Positions 1-10,402 of a stretch of 64,000 nt of DNA are shown here, piece by piece. The stretch spans positions 62,001 through 126,000 of the forward strand of contig CAXXQE010000008.1 in assembly GCA_963665615.2 (NCBI GenBank), read 5' to 3'. This DNA is from Syntrophales bacterium (GTDB taxonomy: Bacteria; Desulfobacterota; Syntrophia; Syntrophales; UBA4778). The notes beneath the pieces are model-generated. The model had not been told where the DNA came from, did not search any database, and saw only the letters and a program-made list of their open reading frames with translations. The translations under genes and the position numbers were made by a program. The first letter of the stretch is position 1, and each line of letters starts with the position of its first letter.

Positions 1-87
1 CCCATTGTCTTTGACGGCCGCAACCAGTACGATCCCGAAGAGCTGCGCGCCCGGGGCTTCACGTATATGTGTATAGGAAGAAAATAG
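1..87 (+). CDS. ugd: C-terminal end of UDP-glucose/GDP-mannose dehydrogenase family protein (partial)
   Basis: Frame 1 reads PIVFDGRNQYDPEELRARGFTYMCIGRK*, matching the FDGRN...GF.Y..IGR C-terminus of Ugd. Confidence 0.8.
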   Translation, partial: PIVFDGRNQYDPEELRARGFTYMCIGRK

Positions 88-309
88 TTTAAGGTTAAAA
101 GTTGTTTGAAGTTTAAAGTTGCTGGGTTCGTGATAGTTCCGGGCGTACGTTCGGTTGTCATGCATGCGCAGGCTGCATTCAGTTTTCTCAATATGTCCTA
201 AGCCATACCCCGCAAGGTGATGGCAGGATTTGTGGCTTTGCGCAGGGTATTTGACTTCAAACTTTCAACTTTAAACTTTATTAAACTGTTTTGTCCGGAG
301 GGCAATAGC

Positions 310-1284
310 TTGTTGCGCTACTTGACACGTCGTCTGCTCATCATGATTCCACTGTTCATTGGAATCACGATGATCTGTTTCGCCGTAATCCACTTGGCGC
401 CGGGCTCTCCGACAGACCTGCAGACGCAGATGAATCCAAAAGCATCCGCGGAGTTGAAGGAACGGCTACGGGCCATGTACGATCTGGATAAGCCCCTACA
501 CGTCCAGTACGTCATCTGGATGAAAAAACTTCTCAAGCTGGATCTGGGGACCTCCTTCTCACCGGACATGCGGCCGGTCACCGAAAAAATCTTGGAGCGC
601 CTTCCGATCACGATCCTTCTAAACGTCCTGGCAATGGGGCTTATCATTGTCATCGCGATTCCACTGGGCGTATTGTCAGCCGTTTATCGCAATTCCTTCT
701 TCGACAAATTCGCGACGGTGCTGGTCTTCACGGGTTTTTCCATCCCGACCTTCTGGCTGGCTCTGCTTGCCATGATTTTCTTTGGGATCTATCTTGACTG
801 GCTCCCGATCTCCGGCATCCGATCCCTAAACCATGAATACCTCCCACCTGCGCAGGCCGCGACGGATCTGGCCAGGCACCTGATCCTTCCGGTCCTTCTG
901 GCTGCCTTCGGAGGCCTTGCAGCGTATTCCCGATACATGCGATCCAATATGCTGGAGGTCATTCGTCAGGACTACATCGTGACGGCACGGGCCAAGGGGC
1001 TGAGCGAGCGGGTCGTCATTTTCAAACACGCCTTACGCAATGCCCTGCTGCCGCTCATTACGCTGTTGGGCCTCTCGGTTCCCGGCTTGATCGGTGGAAG
1101 TGTCATCTTCGAAACAATCTTTGCCGTTCCGGGAATGGGGCAACTTTTCTATCAGTCTGTCATGTCAAGGGATTATCCGGTTATCATGGGCATCCTCGTG
1201 ATCGGCGCCCTCCTGACTCTGCTCGGAAATCTCATTGCCGACGTGTCTTACGGGCTGGCCGATCCCAGGGTGCGCATCTCATAA
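310..1284 (+). CDS. Peptide/nickel ABC transporter permease (OppB/DppB family)
   Basis: YLTRRLL...HLAPGSP N-terminus, EAA loop [22 protein letters not shown] start after GGAGG at about 297. Confidence 0.9.
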   Translation: MLRYLTRRLLIMIPLFIGITMICFAVIHLAPGSPTDLQTQMNPKASAELKERLRAMYDLDKPLHVQYVIWMKKLLKLDLGTSFSPDMRPVTEKILERLPITILLNVLAMGLIIVIAIPLGVLSAVYRNSFFDKFATVLVFTGFSIPTFWLALLAMIFFGIYLDWLPISGIRSLNHEYLPPAQAATDLARHLILPVLLAAFGGLAAYSRYMRSNMLEVIRQDYIVTARAKGLSERVVIFKHALRNALLPLITLLGLSVPGLIGGSVIFETIFAVPGMGQLFYQSVMSRDYPVIMGILVIGALLTLLGNLIADVSYGLADPRVRIS

Positions 1285-1293
1285 GGACGCATT

Positions 1294-2136
1294 ATGGACA
1301 CTTTGCAAAGTGACTTCATTCATCGTTTTCGTCGTAACCGGATGGCCCTTACCGGCAGCATGATCGTGTCGTTTCTCTTTTTAATGGCCCTTTTCGCACC
1401 GTGGATTACGCCTCAAGAACCCACGACAATCAATATTCACCTCATCTTGGCCCCCCCTTCGTTCGAACACCTCTTCGGCACCGATCAACTGGGGCGCGAT
1501 GTCTTCAGCCGGATCATCTGGGGATCAAGAATCTCGCTGCTGGTCGGCTTCATCTCTACCTGCATTGCGATTCTGATCGGGATCGTTCTGGGCGCCGTTG
1601 CCGGCTACTATGGCAAGTGGATTGATATCTTGATCATGCGTTTCGTGGACATCATGCTGTGTTTCCCGACCTTCTTCCTGATCCTAGCCGTCATCGCCTT
1701 TTTGGAACCCTCGATTTGGAACATTATGATCGTCATTGGCCTGACCAGTTGGATGGGGGTCGCCCGTCTGGTGCGCGCCGACTTCATGACGCTGAAGGAA
1801 AGAGACTTCGTTCAGGCGGCCCGAGTGATCGGCGCCAGCGATTTCCGGGTCATCTTTCGGCACATCCTTCCCAACGCCATGGCCTCCGTCCTTGTAACGG
1901 CCACTCTGGGAATCGCCGGGGCGATCCTCACCGAGTCGGCCCTGAGCTTTCTGGGCATCGGCGTCCAGCCCCCCATGGCCAGCTGGGGAAACATCCTGAC
2001 CGACGGTAAAGACAACATCGATATCGCCTGGTGGTTGTCGCTCTTCCCCGGATTGGCCATCTTCATCACCGTTATGAGCTACAATCTGCTGGGAGAAGGC
2101 ATTCGCGACGCCATGGACCCGAGGCTCAGACAGTAA
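1294..2136 (+). CDS. Peptide/nickel ABC transporter permease (OppC/DppC family)
   Basis: HLFGTDQLGRDVFSR and AARVIGAS..RVIFRHILPN motifs. Confidence 0.9.
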   Translation: MDTLQSDFIHRFRRNRMALTGSMIVSFLFLMALFAPWITPQEPTTINIHLILAPPSFEHLFGTDQLGRDVFSRIIWGSRISLLVGFISTCIAILIGIVLGAVAGYYGKWIDILIMRFVDIMLCFPTFFLILAVIAFLEPSIWNIMIVIGLTSWMGVARLVRADFMTLKERDFVQAARVIGASDFRVIFRHILPNAMASVLVTATLGIAGAILTESALSFLGIGVQPPMASWGNILTDGKDNIDIAWWLSLFPGLAIFITVMSYNLLGEGIRDAMDPRLRQ

Positions 2137-2302
2137 AAAGTTGGGCTGCTGTGTTGCTTTGATGACGGGGGGTTTAGCGGTCGTACGGACCTTTTTCTTG
2201 ATTCACGGCGCTATTTGATGGTATATACGCCTTGCTCGACCAGTTGTACATCAGGAGCGCCCACGAGGGCGCTTTTCATATTGGACAGTTGGGAGAAATA
2301 CC

Positions 2303-2458
2303 ATGAAGAAGAAGGTCGCTATGTCCCTGGAAGAAATCGATAGAAGGATACTTGACAAAAAACTGATGGGCGGAGAGCTGCATGAAAGAGATCTCGAAGC
2401 CTACCTGAGAGAACTCCCCGATCTCGCAGAATTTGCCGAAGAAATCGTTATTGAATAG
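2303..2458 (+). CDS. Small 51-aa acidic hypothetical protein (below the ORF-track size cutoff)
   Basis: GGGAGA RBS; MKKKVAMSLEEIDRRILDKKLMGGELHERDLEAYLRELPDLAEFAEEIVIE*; stop abuts the tatD ATG. Confidence 0.65.
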   Translation: MKKKVAMSLEEIDRRILDKKLMGGELHERDLEAYLRELPDLAEFAEEIVIE

Positions 2459-3223
2459 ATGTTCATCGATTCCCACGCCCATCTCGAGATGGGTGATTTT
2501 GACCATGATCTTGACCAGGTCATCGACAGGGCACTGCACGCCCGCGTTGAACGAATCCTCACGGTCGGAACCAATCTAAAGGACTGTTACCGAGCCGTTG
2601 AGATCGCCGGTCGCTACCCGGCTGTTTATGCAAGTATCGGAATCCATCCCCATGAGGTTAAAGACGTCAAGCCTTCTTGCTACAAGGAACTGAAGACGCT
2701 TGCCCAACGGGAGAAAGTCATCGCCTACGGCGAGATCGGCCTCGATTTTTTCCGCAACATCTCTCCTGCCGATCTGCAAATTCAGCATTTCGGCGAGCAA
2801 CTCGATCTGGCTCATGAGTTGAACCTCCCGATTATCGTCCACGATCGGGACGCCCACCGGGAAACCCTCGATATGCTGAAGGGCTGGCCCGGAGAGCGAC
2901 GCGGCGTCATCCACTGCTTTTCAGGAGATTATGCGCTGGCGCGACAGTGTCTCGATCTGGGCTTTTTCATTTCGTTCACGGGCGCCGTCACCTTCAAGAA
3001 ATCAGATGTAACGCGCGATGTAGTCCGAAAGATTCCGATAGAGCGCCTCCTGATCGAAACGGATGCGCCCTATATCACCCCGGAACCTCACCGGGGAAAG
3101 CGCAATGAACCCGCCTACGTCGTCTTCACGGCCCGCAAAATTGCCGAAGTAAAAGGTATCCCCACTGAAGAGGTCGCCCGTATCACGACGGAAAACGCCC
3201 GAAGACTTTTCGGGATAGATTAA
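2459..3223 (+). CDS. tatD: TatD family deoxyribonuclease
   Basis: DSHAH, GIHPH, GEIGLD, HCFSG and ETDAPY motifs. Confidence 0.95.
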   Translation: MFIDSHAHLEMGDFDHDLDQVIDRALHARVERILTVGTNLKDCYRAVEIAGRYPAVYASIGIHPHEVKDVKPSCYKELKTLAQREKVIAYGEIGLDFFRNISPADLQIQHFGEQLDLAHELNLPIIVHDRDAHRETLDMLKGWPGERRGVIHCFSGDYALARQCLDLGFFISFTGAVTFKKSDVTRDVVRKIPIERLLIETDAPYITPEPHRGKRNEPAYVVFTARKIAEVKGIPTEEVARITTENARRLFGID

Positions 3224-3346
3224 GAGCTGGTCCGTAAATAACCTTGCCAGCTCGCAACGCTTAACGCTAAACTCACCGCTACGCGCAGCAGAGGTATAAT
3301 CTCCTTGATCTCCCCATCAAATTCGGATAGTTTACAGCTATAAAAA

Positions 3347-3432
3347 GAAGCGGGGGTGCAACGGTCGGTCACGATGTTGCTGAGAGCATACCCCTTGTAC
3401 CTGACCCGGATAATGCCGGCGTAGGGAAGCGG
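3347..3432 (+). ncRNA. TPP (THI-box) riboswitch
   Basis: GGGGTGC...GCTGAGA...ACCC...ACCTGA..GGATAATGCC..CGTAGGGAAG, directly upstream of thiD-thiC. Confidence 0.92.
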
Positions 3433-3456
3433 CTGGATAATCGATGTGTGCATCTG

Positions 3457-3492
3457 AAGGGCCTATTCCAAATCAGGGAGAAGCCCTTTTTT
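3457..3492 (+). terminator. Attenuator terminator of the TPP riboswitch expression platform
   Basis: AAGGGC...GCCCTT stem followed by a T run, between the aptamer and the thiD start. Confidence 0.7.
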
Positions 3493-3514
3493 ATTTCGCC
3501 AAGCGGAAAAAACC

Positions 3515-4357
3515 ATGGCCATCCCAGGAAACGGTTCAACAATCAAACGGATTCTCACCATTGCCGGTTCCGATTCCAGCGGCGGCGCAGGCATTCAGGC
3601 GGATCTCAAAACGATCAGCGCCTTGAGCGGCTACGGGATGAGCGCCATCACCGCCGTGACCGCACAGAACACTCGCGGTGTGCAGGCAATTCACGAGATA
3701 CCGCCGGCCCTCGTGGGCAAGCAGATCGATTCGGTCCTGAGCGATATCGGCGCAGACGCCGTCAAGACGGGTATGCTGGGGGGACCTGAAACCGTGCGGA
3801 TCGTTGCGGAGAAGCTCCGCGCGTGGCAGTCGCATCCGCTCGTCGTCGATCCTGTCCTCACAGCCAAGGACGGCGCGGCGTTGATCCGAGAGGATGCCAG
3901 GCAGGTCTTGCTTGAAGAACTGATTCCACTGGCAACGGTCGTTACCCCGAACATCCCGGAGGCCGAGGAACTGACAGGCCTTCGCATATCGTCTGTTGAT
4001 GAAATGAAAACGGCCGCGGAAAGTCTACATCGCCTGGGGTCGCAATACGTCGTCATCAAGGGGGGACACGCCAGCGGCGATCCGATTGATTTGCTCTTCG
4101 ACGGCGGAGTGTTTTACGAATTCCGAGCCAGAAGACTCGACACCGTTGATACCCACGGAACAGGCTGTGCCTTCGCAACGGCGATTGCCGTTGGCTTGGC
4201 GGAAGGAATGCCGGTTTACGATGCCGTTGAACGAGCGAAGCGTTTCGTCTTTGCCGCCATCGAAGCGGCATTCAGGCTTGGCGAGGGGCACGGCCCAGTC
4301 AACCCGCGCCCGCTGCACGTAGGCGCTGACAAAACATATTTAGGACATGACAGGTGA
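3515..4357 (+). CDS. thiD: Hydroxymethylpyrimidine/phosphomethylpyrimidine kinase
   Basis: LTIAGSDSSGGAGIQADLKT, TAQNT and HGTGC motifs. Confidence 0.95.
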   Translation: MAIPGNGSTIKRILTIAGSDSSGGAGIQADLKTISALSGYGMSAITAVTAQNTRGVQAIHEIPPALVGKQIDSVLSDIGADAVKTGMLGGPETVRIVAEKLRAWQSHPLVVDPVLTAKDGAALIREDARQVLLEELIPLATVVTPNIPEAEELTGLRISSVDEMKTAAESLHRLGSQYVVIKGGHASGDPIDLLFDGGVFYEFRARRLDTVDTHGTGCAFATAIAVGLAEGMPVYDAVERAKRFVFAAIEAAFRLGEGHGPVNPRPLHVGADKTYLGHDR

Positions 4358-5642
4358 ACCCATGACACAACTGGAAATTGCCCGACAGGGCAAGATATCT
4401 GATGAAATGATGCAATGCGCCGAGGCTGAAGGCGTCAGCCCCGAGTTAATCCGCAAGGGTGTCAAGGACGGCACGATCGTGGTCGTCCGCAACAATCGGC
4501 ACGGCAACATCGCCCCGATGGCCGTCGGAAAGGGCCTGCGCACCAAGGTCAACGCCAATATCGGAACGTCGAAGGATCATTCCGATCTCGCCCTGGAGTT
4601 GGAGAAGATCAAGGTTTGCGTCAAATCCGGTGCGGACGCCCTCATGGATCTCTCCACAGGTGGAGACCTGGCCGCCATCCGCAAGGCTGTCATGCGGGAA
4701 TCGACCATCGCGGTCGGCACTGTTCCGATCTATCAGGCTGCGGCAACTCTGCTGGATAACAAACGGTCCGTCGTTGAAATGACGTCGGACGATATTTTCC
4801 AGGCCATCGAACAGAACGGCGAAGACGGCGTCGATTTCATCACCGTGCATTGCGGCGTCACCCGGGCGACGGTCGAATCGATCGAGCGCGAGGGACGCCT
4901 GCTCGGCATTGTCAGCCGCGGCGGATCGATCACGGCGCACTGGATGAGGTATAACCGGAAAGAAAATCCCCTTTACGAAGAATATGACCGGCTGCTGGAT
5001 ATCGCACACCGCTATGACATGGTTCTCAGCCTGGGAGACGGCTTGCGTCCCGGATGTCTGGCCGACGCGACTGACCGCGGCCAAATTCACGAACTCATCC
5101 ACCTGGGAGAACTGGCGAAACGTGCGCGCCAGCGAGGCGTTCAGGTGATGATCGAAGGGCCCGGACACGTTCCTATTCGGGATATCGAAGCCAACATGCT
5201 TCTGCAAAAACGACTCTGCGACGGCGCACCCTTCTACGTGTTGGGACCGCTGCCGACCGATATTGCGCCCGGCTACGATCACATTACAGCCGCCATCGGC
5301 GGCGCTATCGCCGGGACCGCCGGAGCAGACTTCCTCTGCTATGTCACGCCATCTGAACATTTGCGGCTTCCCACGCTGGAGGACGTCAAGGAGGGCATCA
5401 TTGCCTCGCGCATTGCCGCCCATATCGCGGATATCGCCAAAGGGATTTCCGGCGCTTACGATAAAGACCTCGTCATGGCGCGCTACCGCAAGGAGTTCAA
5501 CTGGGACGGCCAGGTTCGGATTGCGATCGATCCCGACAAGGCCGGCGCTCTCCTCGAAAAAAGCGAGGCGGCCAAGGACGAGGGGTGCAGCATGTGCGGC
5601 GAGTTATGCGCCATCAAGCTCGGCAAGGCCGAACACTGCTAG
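4347..5642 (+). CDS. thiC: Phosphomethylpyrimidine synthase (radical SAM)
   Basis: KVNANIGTS, MDLSTGG, EGPGH, C-terminal CSMCGELC; TPP riboswitch context; start may be 4362. Confidence 0.92.
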   Translation: MTGEPMTQLEIARQGKISDEMMQCAEAEGVSPELIRKGVKDGTIVVVRNNRHGNIAPMAVGKGLRTKVNANIGTSKDHSDLALELEKIKVCVKSGADALMDLSTGGDLAAIRKAVMRESTIAVGTVPIYQAAATLLDNKRSVVEMTSDDIFQAIEQNGEDGVDFITVHCGVTRATVESIEREGRLLGIVSRGGSITAHWMRYNRKENPLYEEYDRLLDIAHRYDMVLSLGDGLRPGCLADATDRGQIHELIHLGELAKRARQRGVQVMIEGPGHVPIRDIEANMLLQKRLCDGAPFYVLGPLPTDIAPGYDHITAAIGGAIAGTAGADFLCYVTPSEHLRLPTLEDVKEGIIASRIAAHIADIAKGISGAYDKDLVMARYRKEFNWDGQVRIAIDPDKAGALLEKSEAAKDEGCSMCGELCAIKLGKAEHC

Positions 5643-5661
5643 ATCGACATCTCAAAAAAAC

Positions 5662-5698
5662 AGCGAGGCCGTTCCAAACCGGGAGCGGCCTCGCTTTA
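5662..5698 (+). terminator. Intrinsic terminator after thiC, likely bidirectional
   Basis: AGCGAGGCCGTTCC/GGGAGCGGCCTCGCT stem with A run before and TTT after. Confidence 0.75.
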
Positions 5699-5741
5699 TA
5701 TGACAACCGGAATTCGCTGCCACCCGCATAGCGGAACAGCC

Positions 5742-6344
5742 CTAGCCCTTTTGAAAAATCCCGTAAATCAGTAGTCCAATAAGCACCAGAAAAATCAAGC
5801 CGTATGTTGCGCCATTAGCCACCCAACTCCAGCGCCTGCTTTGCTCCCGTGAACAGTGAGTAATCAGCCTGAACCCCACGCGCTCCGTATATACCGAAAA
5901 GAAGAAGATTGGAACGAGCAGGACCATCGTCGCAACCGGAATCATCCAGTACATCTGCGTTTCGTAGGGCAGCAGCCACCCTGCCTGGTGGGTTACCGAA
6001 AGCACCTTCCCCCAGAATGTCCCTACACCATAGAGGTCATCGGGGATTGGCACCGTCACTTCAATAGCGACAAAAGCGCCCCAGCAGAGCGGAATCCCGA
6101 TCAACGTCGTCATGGTATTGACCACGGCACTTGCAATCAGATTTCTCAAGAGGTTTTCTTTGCCGATTATAAGGCAGGCAATCCATGTCTCCAAGGCAAC
6201 GATCGGCAACAGGAGGTAGCAGGCCGCCGGCCAGATCATCGCGAGCATCGGAACGCCCGTTTCCGCGAAGGCAGACGAGCTATAAACCAGCCAAACCAGC
6301 AGATAGGCGCACGTCGCAATCATAAATGTCTTGATCTTTTTCAT
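5742..6344 (-). CDS. Hypothetical multi-pass membrane protein
   Basis: GAGGAG RBS, signal-like N-terminus, several hydrophobic helices. Confidence 0.7.
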   Translation of the reverse strand: MKKIKTFMIATCAYLLVWLVYSSSAFAETGVPMLAMIWPAACYLLLPIVALETWIACLIIGKENLLRNLIASAVVNTMTTLIGIPLCWGAFVAIEVTVPIPDDLYGVGTFWGKVLSVTHQAGWLLPYETQMYWMIPVATMVLLVPIFFFSVYTERVGFRLITHCSREQSRRWSWVANGATYGLIFLVLIGLLIYGIFQKG

Positions 6345-6450
6345 CTTCTCCTCTTCAACACAGTCAAGCTATTGAGGCTCCCAGCGTTAGGAGCTTCGAC
6401 ATCCTCCTGGAACTCATAGCACGCCCCATAGAGGACAGGTCCGTCAATGA

Positions 6451-7254
6451 CTATTCTCCGATAAATTTCGGCTTTCTCTTTTCCCTGAAAGCAGTTACGG
6501 CCTCCCGAATATCGTCTGAAGACATCAAAATCGCATTCTTTTCAACGGCCATTCGCATCCCCTCTTCAATGGACGCATCTCTGCTGTAGTTCAGAACCTC
6601 CTTTGTTGCCATAATCGCCATGGGCGCATTTTCGCAAATTTCCATGGCAAGGGTTCTTGCACCCTCCAGCATGGCATGCTGATCGGGATAGACGGCATTG
6701 ACCAGATTCATGCGTTCGACTTCCTTCGCCGAATAGAAGCGCGCCGTATAGGCCATTTCCCGCGTATAACCCTGTCCGATAATCAACGGCAGGCGCTGGA
6801 GAACACCCACGTCAGCCACCAAGCCCACCGCCGCCTCTCGAAGAGAAAAGGTAGCATCTTCCGTACAAAATCGGATATCGCAGGCGGCTGCGATATCGAG
6901 TCCGCCTCCGACACATTTGCCATGAATCGCGGCGATAACGGGTTTTCTGCACCTCTCAAACACACTCGCACAATCAAGTATCACCTGGACGTTCTGCCGA
7001 AAGTCAAAAGCGCTTTTAGTGTTGTATCGGCCTCCGGCGGGGAAAAACTCTGTCAGATCCAGACCGGCGCAGAATATCCTGGCATTGCTTTTAAGAATAA
7101 TAGCTCTCACGTCCTGCCGTCTATCCAGTTCCTGCAAGGCATTTGCAAGCTCGCAGCAGAAAGCCCTATTCAATGCATTAAGCGCGTCCCGCCGATCCAG
7201 GGACATCGTTGCGATGTTATTTTCCAATTCCAATTTTATGAATTGATAGGTCAT
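6451..7254 (-). CDS. Enoyl-CoA hydratase/isomerase (crotonase family)
   Basis: FCAGLDL, KPVIAAIHGKCVGGG, DVGVLQRLP and C-terminal FREKRKPKF. Confidence 0.92.
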   Translation of the reverse strand: MTYQFIKLELENNIATMSLDRRDALNALNRAFCCELANALQELDRRQDVRAIILKSNARIFCAGLDLTEFFPAGGRYNTKSAFDFRQNVQVILDCASVFERCRKPVIAAIHGKCVGGGLDIAAACDIRFCTEDATFSLREAAVGLVADVGVLQRLPLIIGQGYTREMAYTARFYSAKEVERMNLVNAVYPDQHAMLEGARTLAMEICENAPMAIMATKEVLNYSRDASIEEGMRMAVEKNAILMSSDDIREAVTAFREKRKPKFIGE

Positions 7255-7677
7255 ATCAGATTATCTCCTTTCAATATGCCTGCTCTCTTTTGCGGATATT
7301 GGCAGTATCATATAAATGTAAGAAAAACTATTGAGAATCTTCATCCTCATATAAACCTTTCCGGAAAGACAGGGAAGGTCTAAAAAGATTTCTGTTTCCT
7401 TTTAACAAGCACGTTTTTTCTTAAGCTGGCTGCGTCCGTAAAAACTCTTTATACTGCCATAACCCGGCAACAAAAGTTATCACACCCACTTTTACCTTGC
7501 CATCGTTTTCATCGCCCTCTTATCTAGCGGCCATGAATGAGCTGAGATATTGAAGAATAAATGTCTATTGACAAAGTTGTGCTTCAGACGTTAGGAAATA
7601 AGAACTACTATAGAATACATCTTCAAGGCGCTGCTAGCAGGCGTTAATTTAAAACTGGGCATCAAGGAGTGACGAAA

Positions 7678-8088
7678 ATGGCAAAAATGACAGAACGAAT
7701 GCAGGAAGTATTTAACAAGGTGCCGATCGTTTTGCTTTCTACGGCCACCTCAGACGGCATTCCCAATGCCGTACCGGTCGGAGCAAAAAAGATTGTTGAC
7801 GCGGAGACGATCATCGTCTCCGATCAGTTCTTCAAAAAGACACTGGCGAACATGAAGTCCAATCCCCGGGTGGCTGTCACATTTTGGGATGGTTTTGAAG
7901 GATATCAATTGAAGGGTTTCGTTACAATTGAAAATTCAGGGACACGTTTTGAAGAAACTGCTCGCTGGATAGACGAACTGAGCAGCAGGGTGGGATTTCC
8001 GCTGAAATCGAAGGGGGCTGTCATCGTGAAAATTGAAGAAATTTACAGCGTATCACCAGGACCTTCGGCGGGCTCTCAGTTGGCCTAA
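7678..8088 (+). CDS. Pyridoxamine 5'-phosphate oxidase-family FMN-binding protein
   Basis: LSTATSDGIPNAVP, KTLAN...NPRVAV, GYQLKG, EEIYSVSPGP; AAGGAG RBS. Confidence 0.85.
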   Translation: MAKMTERMQEVFNKVPIVLLSTATSDGIPNAVPVGAKKIVDAETIIVSDQFFKKTLANMKSNPRVAVTFWDGFEGYQLKGFVTIENSGTRFEETARWIDELSSRVGFPLKSKGAVIVKIEEIYSVSPGPSAGSQLA

Positions 8089-8727
8089 AATAATAGAGTC
8101 GTTAGTTGCGCGCTTTTATAAAAATACGCCCTCCGTGCCAGACGTTATATGTGAGGTATCAAAGGGGCGAAATCGTTTCTTGAAGGAATGATAATAAATC
8201 GGGGTGAGACCGCAGTTCCGTACGCGCCTTCCTCCCCATATTTTTATGACTCAGCAGGACGTACAGCTGTAAAAACTCTTCCTGCTAGGGATACCCATTC
8301 CTCCCCAAGGTTTTAAAGCCTGGGGAGGAATGGGCGATTAGGGAAAATGAAATAGTTGGGCAAGGAGAGTGCTTATTTGAAAGTCACCATACCTTGTTCA
8401 CTCTTTCGTAAATAGATAAAAGCAAATTCTTTGCCATTAACAATTTAAACTGTAATATTGCAATATTAGCTCATATAATGGTTCATGACCACTAACTAAG
8501 CAACGGCTAATTGTTCTATTTTGCCCCGAACTGTATCGGGCAATCCCTCAGATATCCGTTCTGTTCGAATGCGCATCGCATGGACTCGCATGCCTCAGAA
8601 TCCACAACACCAAGCTCGGCGGTAGGTTGGACAATGATCTCCTCGCTTGAGAATCCAAAAGTCTTTAACATCTTTTCATTCACATCGGGCCGGCGGATGC
8701 GTTACAGATATTGGGTGCAGGTCAGAT

Positions 8728-9174
8728 TTATTTTTTGATAGGGATTTCTTCTCCCGCTTTAATTACCATGATTTGATCGATATTGTATATCGTTCCGATA
8801 AAAAAATACATTTTGTTTATAATGTCTTTTTCAATTAAGGGTTTTATCTCCGTATTGGGTCCTATCAAACGAAGAGGGCACGGAATTCTATTCGTGTGCA
8901 AGATCTTTCCCGCTATTTTGGGTGCCAGTTCCTTAAAGGATACAACTTGGAAGAGCCACTTTTTATTGCGAACAAGAATTATAATCTCGTCCTTTTTTAT
9001 ATTGTCCGAATAAGGGTGAAACACACCGACAAGGGTATAATCATAGCCAAAGTCCATTAAAGGAAGAGCCTTTTCATTCGAATGTCCATCTGCCAAAGCA
9101 GCAGGCGTACCAATTACGAATAAGATGATAATAATCACGAACTGAGCAATGAATTTTTTTCCTATTAGTATCAT
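8728..9174 (-). CDS. Hypothetical exported protein
   Basis: AAGGAGG RBS, hydrophobic signal peptide ending AALA; AT-rich. Confidence 0.6.
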   Translation of the reverse strand: MILIGKKFIAQFVIIIILFVIGTPAALADGHSNEKALPLMDFGYDYTLVGVFHPYSDNIKKDEIIILVRNKKWLFQVVSFKELAPKIAGKILHTNRIPCPLRLIGPNTEIKPLIEKDIINKMYFFIGTIYNIDQIMVIKAGEEIPIKK

Positions 9175-9219
9175 AGGAACTCCTCCTTCTCAGATTTCGG
9201 ATTTCTGATCTCGGTTTAG

Positions 9220-9385
9220 CAGGCTGTTGAAAAACTCTTCAATGTTGTGTCGTTGCGAGGAGCGTCAGCGACGTGGCAATCTCTAACCTATTGATTACTC
9301 GAAGACAGGGATTGCTTCGCTTCGCTCCCCGACGACTACCTCGGGACAAGCGCGATGACGCTAAAAATAGTTTTTCAACAGCCTG
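9220..9385. mobile_element. MITE with IS5/IS1182-like terminal inverted repeats and an internal REP-like palindrome
   Basis: CAGGCTGTTGAAAAACT ... AGTTTTTCAACAGCCTG flanked by TTAG on both sides. Confidence 0.75.
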
Positions 9386-9399
9386 TTAGGGGGAACAGG

Positions 9400-10128
9400 T
9401 CAATCTCCCGTTCTCCCATTGCAGTTTATTAAAACGCATTGGTGCTCAAGATATTCTATTGTTTTTGAAACATCTTTTCTGTCGCCTCTGTATAGAAAGA
9501 TCCGTCCGCCAAGCTCTGACCCTAATGCTTTCATTTTTGTAATCCGGACATAGCCAAGCTCTCTTGATGCCACATAACCGGTTACATAGTCGGGGTCATC
9601 CGATATACAAATCTCGCCGATGATGTTGGGCGCGTTAGCCACTTTTGTTGCCAAAATAAGAGCTTCTCTAAAATGATTCTTCGACGGGTCAAGAAAATCA
9701 CTATGCACGGAATCCATATAGGTTGCTCTGACGCCCCGTTGCCGATTGGATTCCAACCTTTCCAGCGTATCAACATCGAGAAGAATGGCGCCACGTAAAG
9801 CGTACGCCTCCTGCAAAAATTGCATAATTTTATCGGCGTGTTTGGTGTTAATCTTTTCCAGAAGTTCAGATGCCTTTTGCAATCCCTCCTGCGCGGTTTT
9901 GACATCGAGGCAGGAAACTTTTAGCGGATCGAGATATGTGATATCTGTCTCCTCTATTTCTTCTATTTTAAGGCTGATAAAATCCGGTTTGCCTTTGGCG
10001 TGATTCCTCGCTCTTGTCAGCAAGCTATTGACGCAAGCATGCATGTCGGATTCAGAGATTATTTTTTCAGCGCCCGATATATGTTTATCTTTAAGGCTTG
10101 CTCTCATTTTTACGCTTAATTTGCTCAT
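9400..10128 (-). CDS. bioW: 6-carboxyhexanoate--CoA ligase (pimeloyl-CoA synthetase)
   Basis: SVKMRAS..HISGAE, RGVRAT, EALILATKV, EICISDDPDYVTGYVAS and GGRIF motifs. Confidence 0.9.
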   Translation of the reverse strand: MSKLSVKMRASLKDKHISGAEKIISESDMHACVNSLLTRARNHAKGKPDFISLKIEEIEETDITYLDPLKVSCLDVKTAQEGLQKASELLEKINTKHADKIMQFLQEAYALRGAILLDVDTLERLESNRQRGVRATYMDSVHSDFLDPSKNHFREALILATKVANAPNIIGEICISDDPDYVTGYVASRELGYVRITKMKALGSELGGRIFLYRGDRKDVSKTIEYLEHQCVLINCNGRTGD

Positions 10129-10303
10129 ATATAATTCGTTCTTATCATCGGTTAAAAACTTATAAAAACGAAAAACCTCCATGCACGAGTTGCATATACT
10201 GACAGCGACCTGCCGCCGGACTTGTACCACATTTTAAGCTAGAGTTCTGTTTTTTTGATCCTCTCCCCCGCACGCGCGCAGCTGCAAGGACTTTTCATTC
10301 TCT

Positions 10304-10345
10304 ATATTTGGGAGGCGTGAGAGGCTCCGCGTGGAAATTTGATTT
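10304..10345 (+). repeat. 42-bp direct repeat, copy 1 (partner 13241-13282)
   Basis: ATATTTGGGAGGCGTGAGAGGCTCCGCGTGGAAATTTGATTT, 39/42 identical to copy 2. Confidence 0.8.
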
Positions 10346-10402
10346 TTGTTTGCCTCGCCATCACTCATTTTCCGATCTTTACAAGGAAGCAATCCCCGAC
10401 GT

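Noticed and set aside
4347..5642. Possible BzaA/B/F paralogue of ThiC
   Set aside because: TPP riboswitch and thiD linkage favour true thiC
8516..8670. About 51-codon minus-strand ORF (MLKTFGF...CPIQFGAK)
   Set aside because: No clear RBS or family match; possibly a gene fragment
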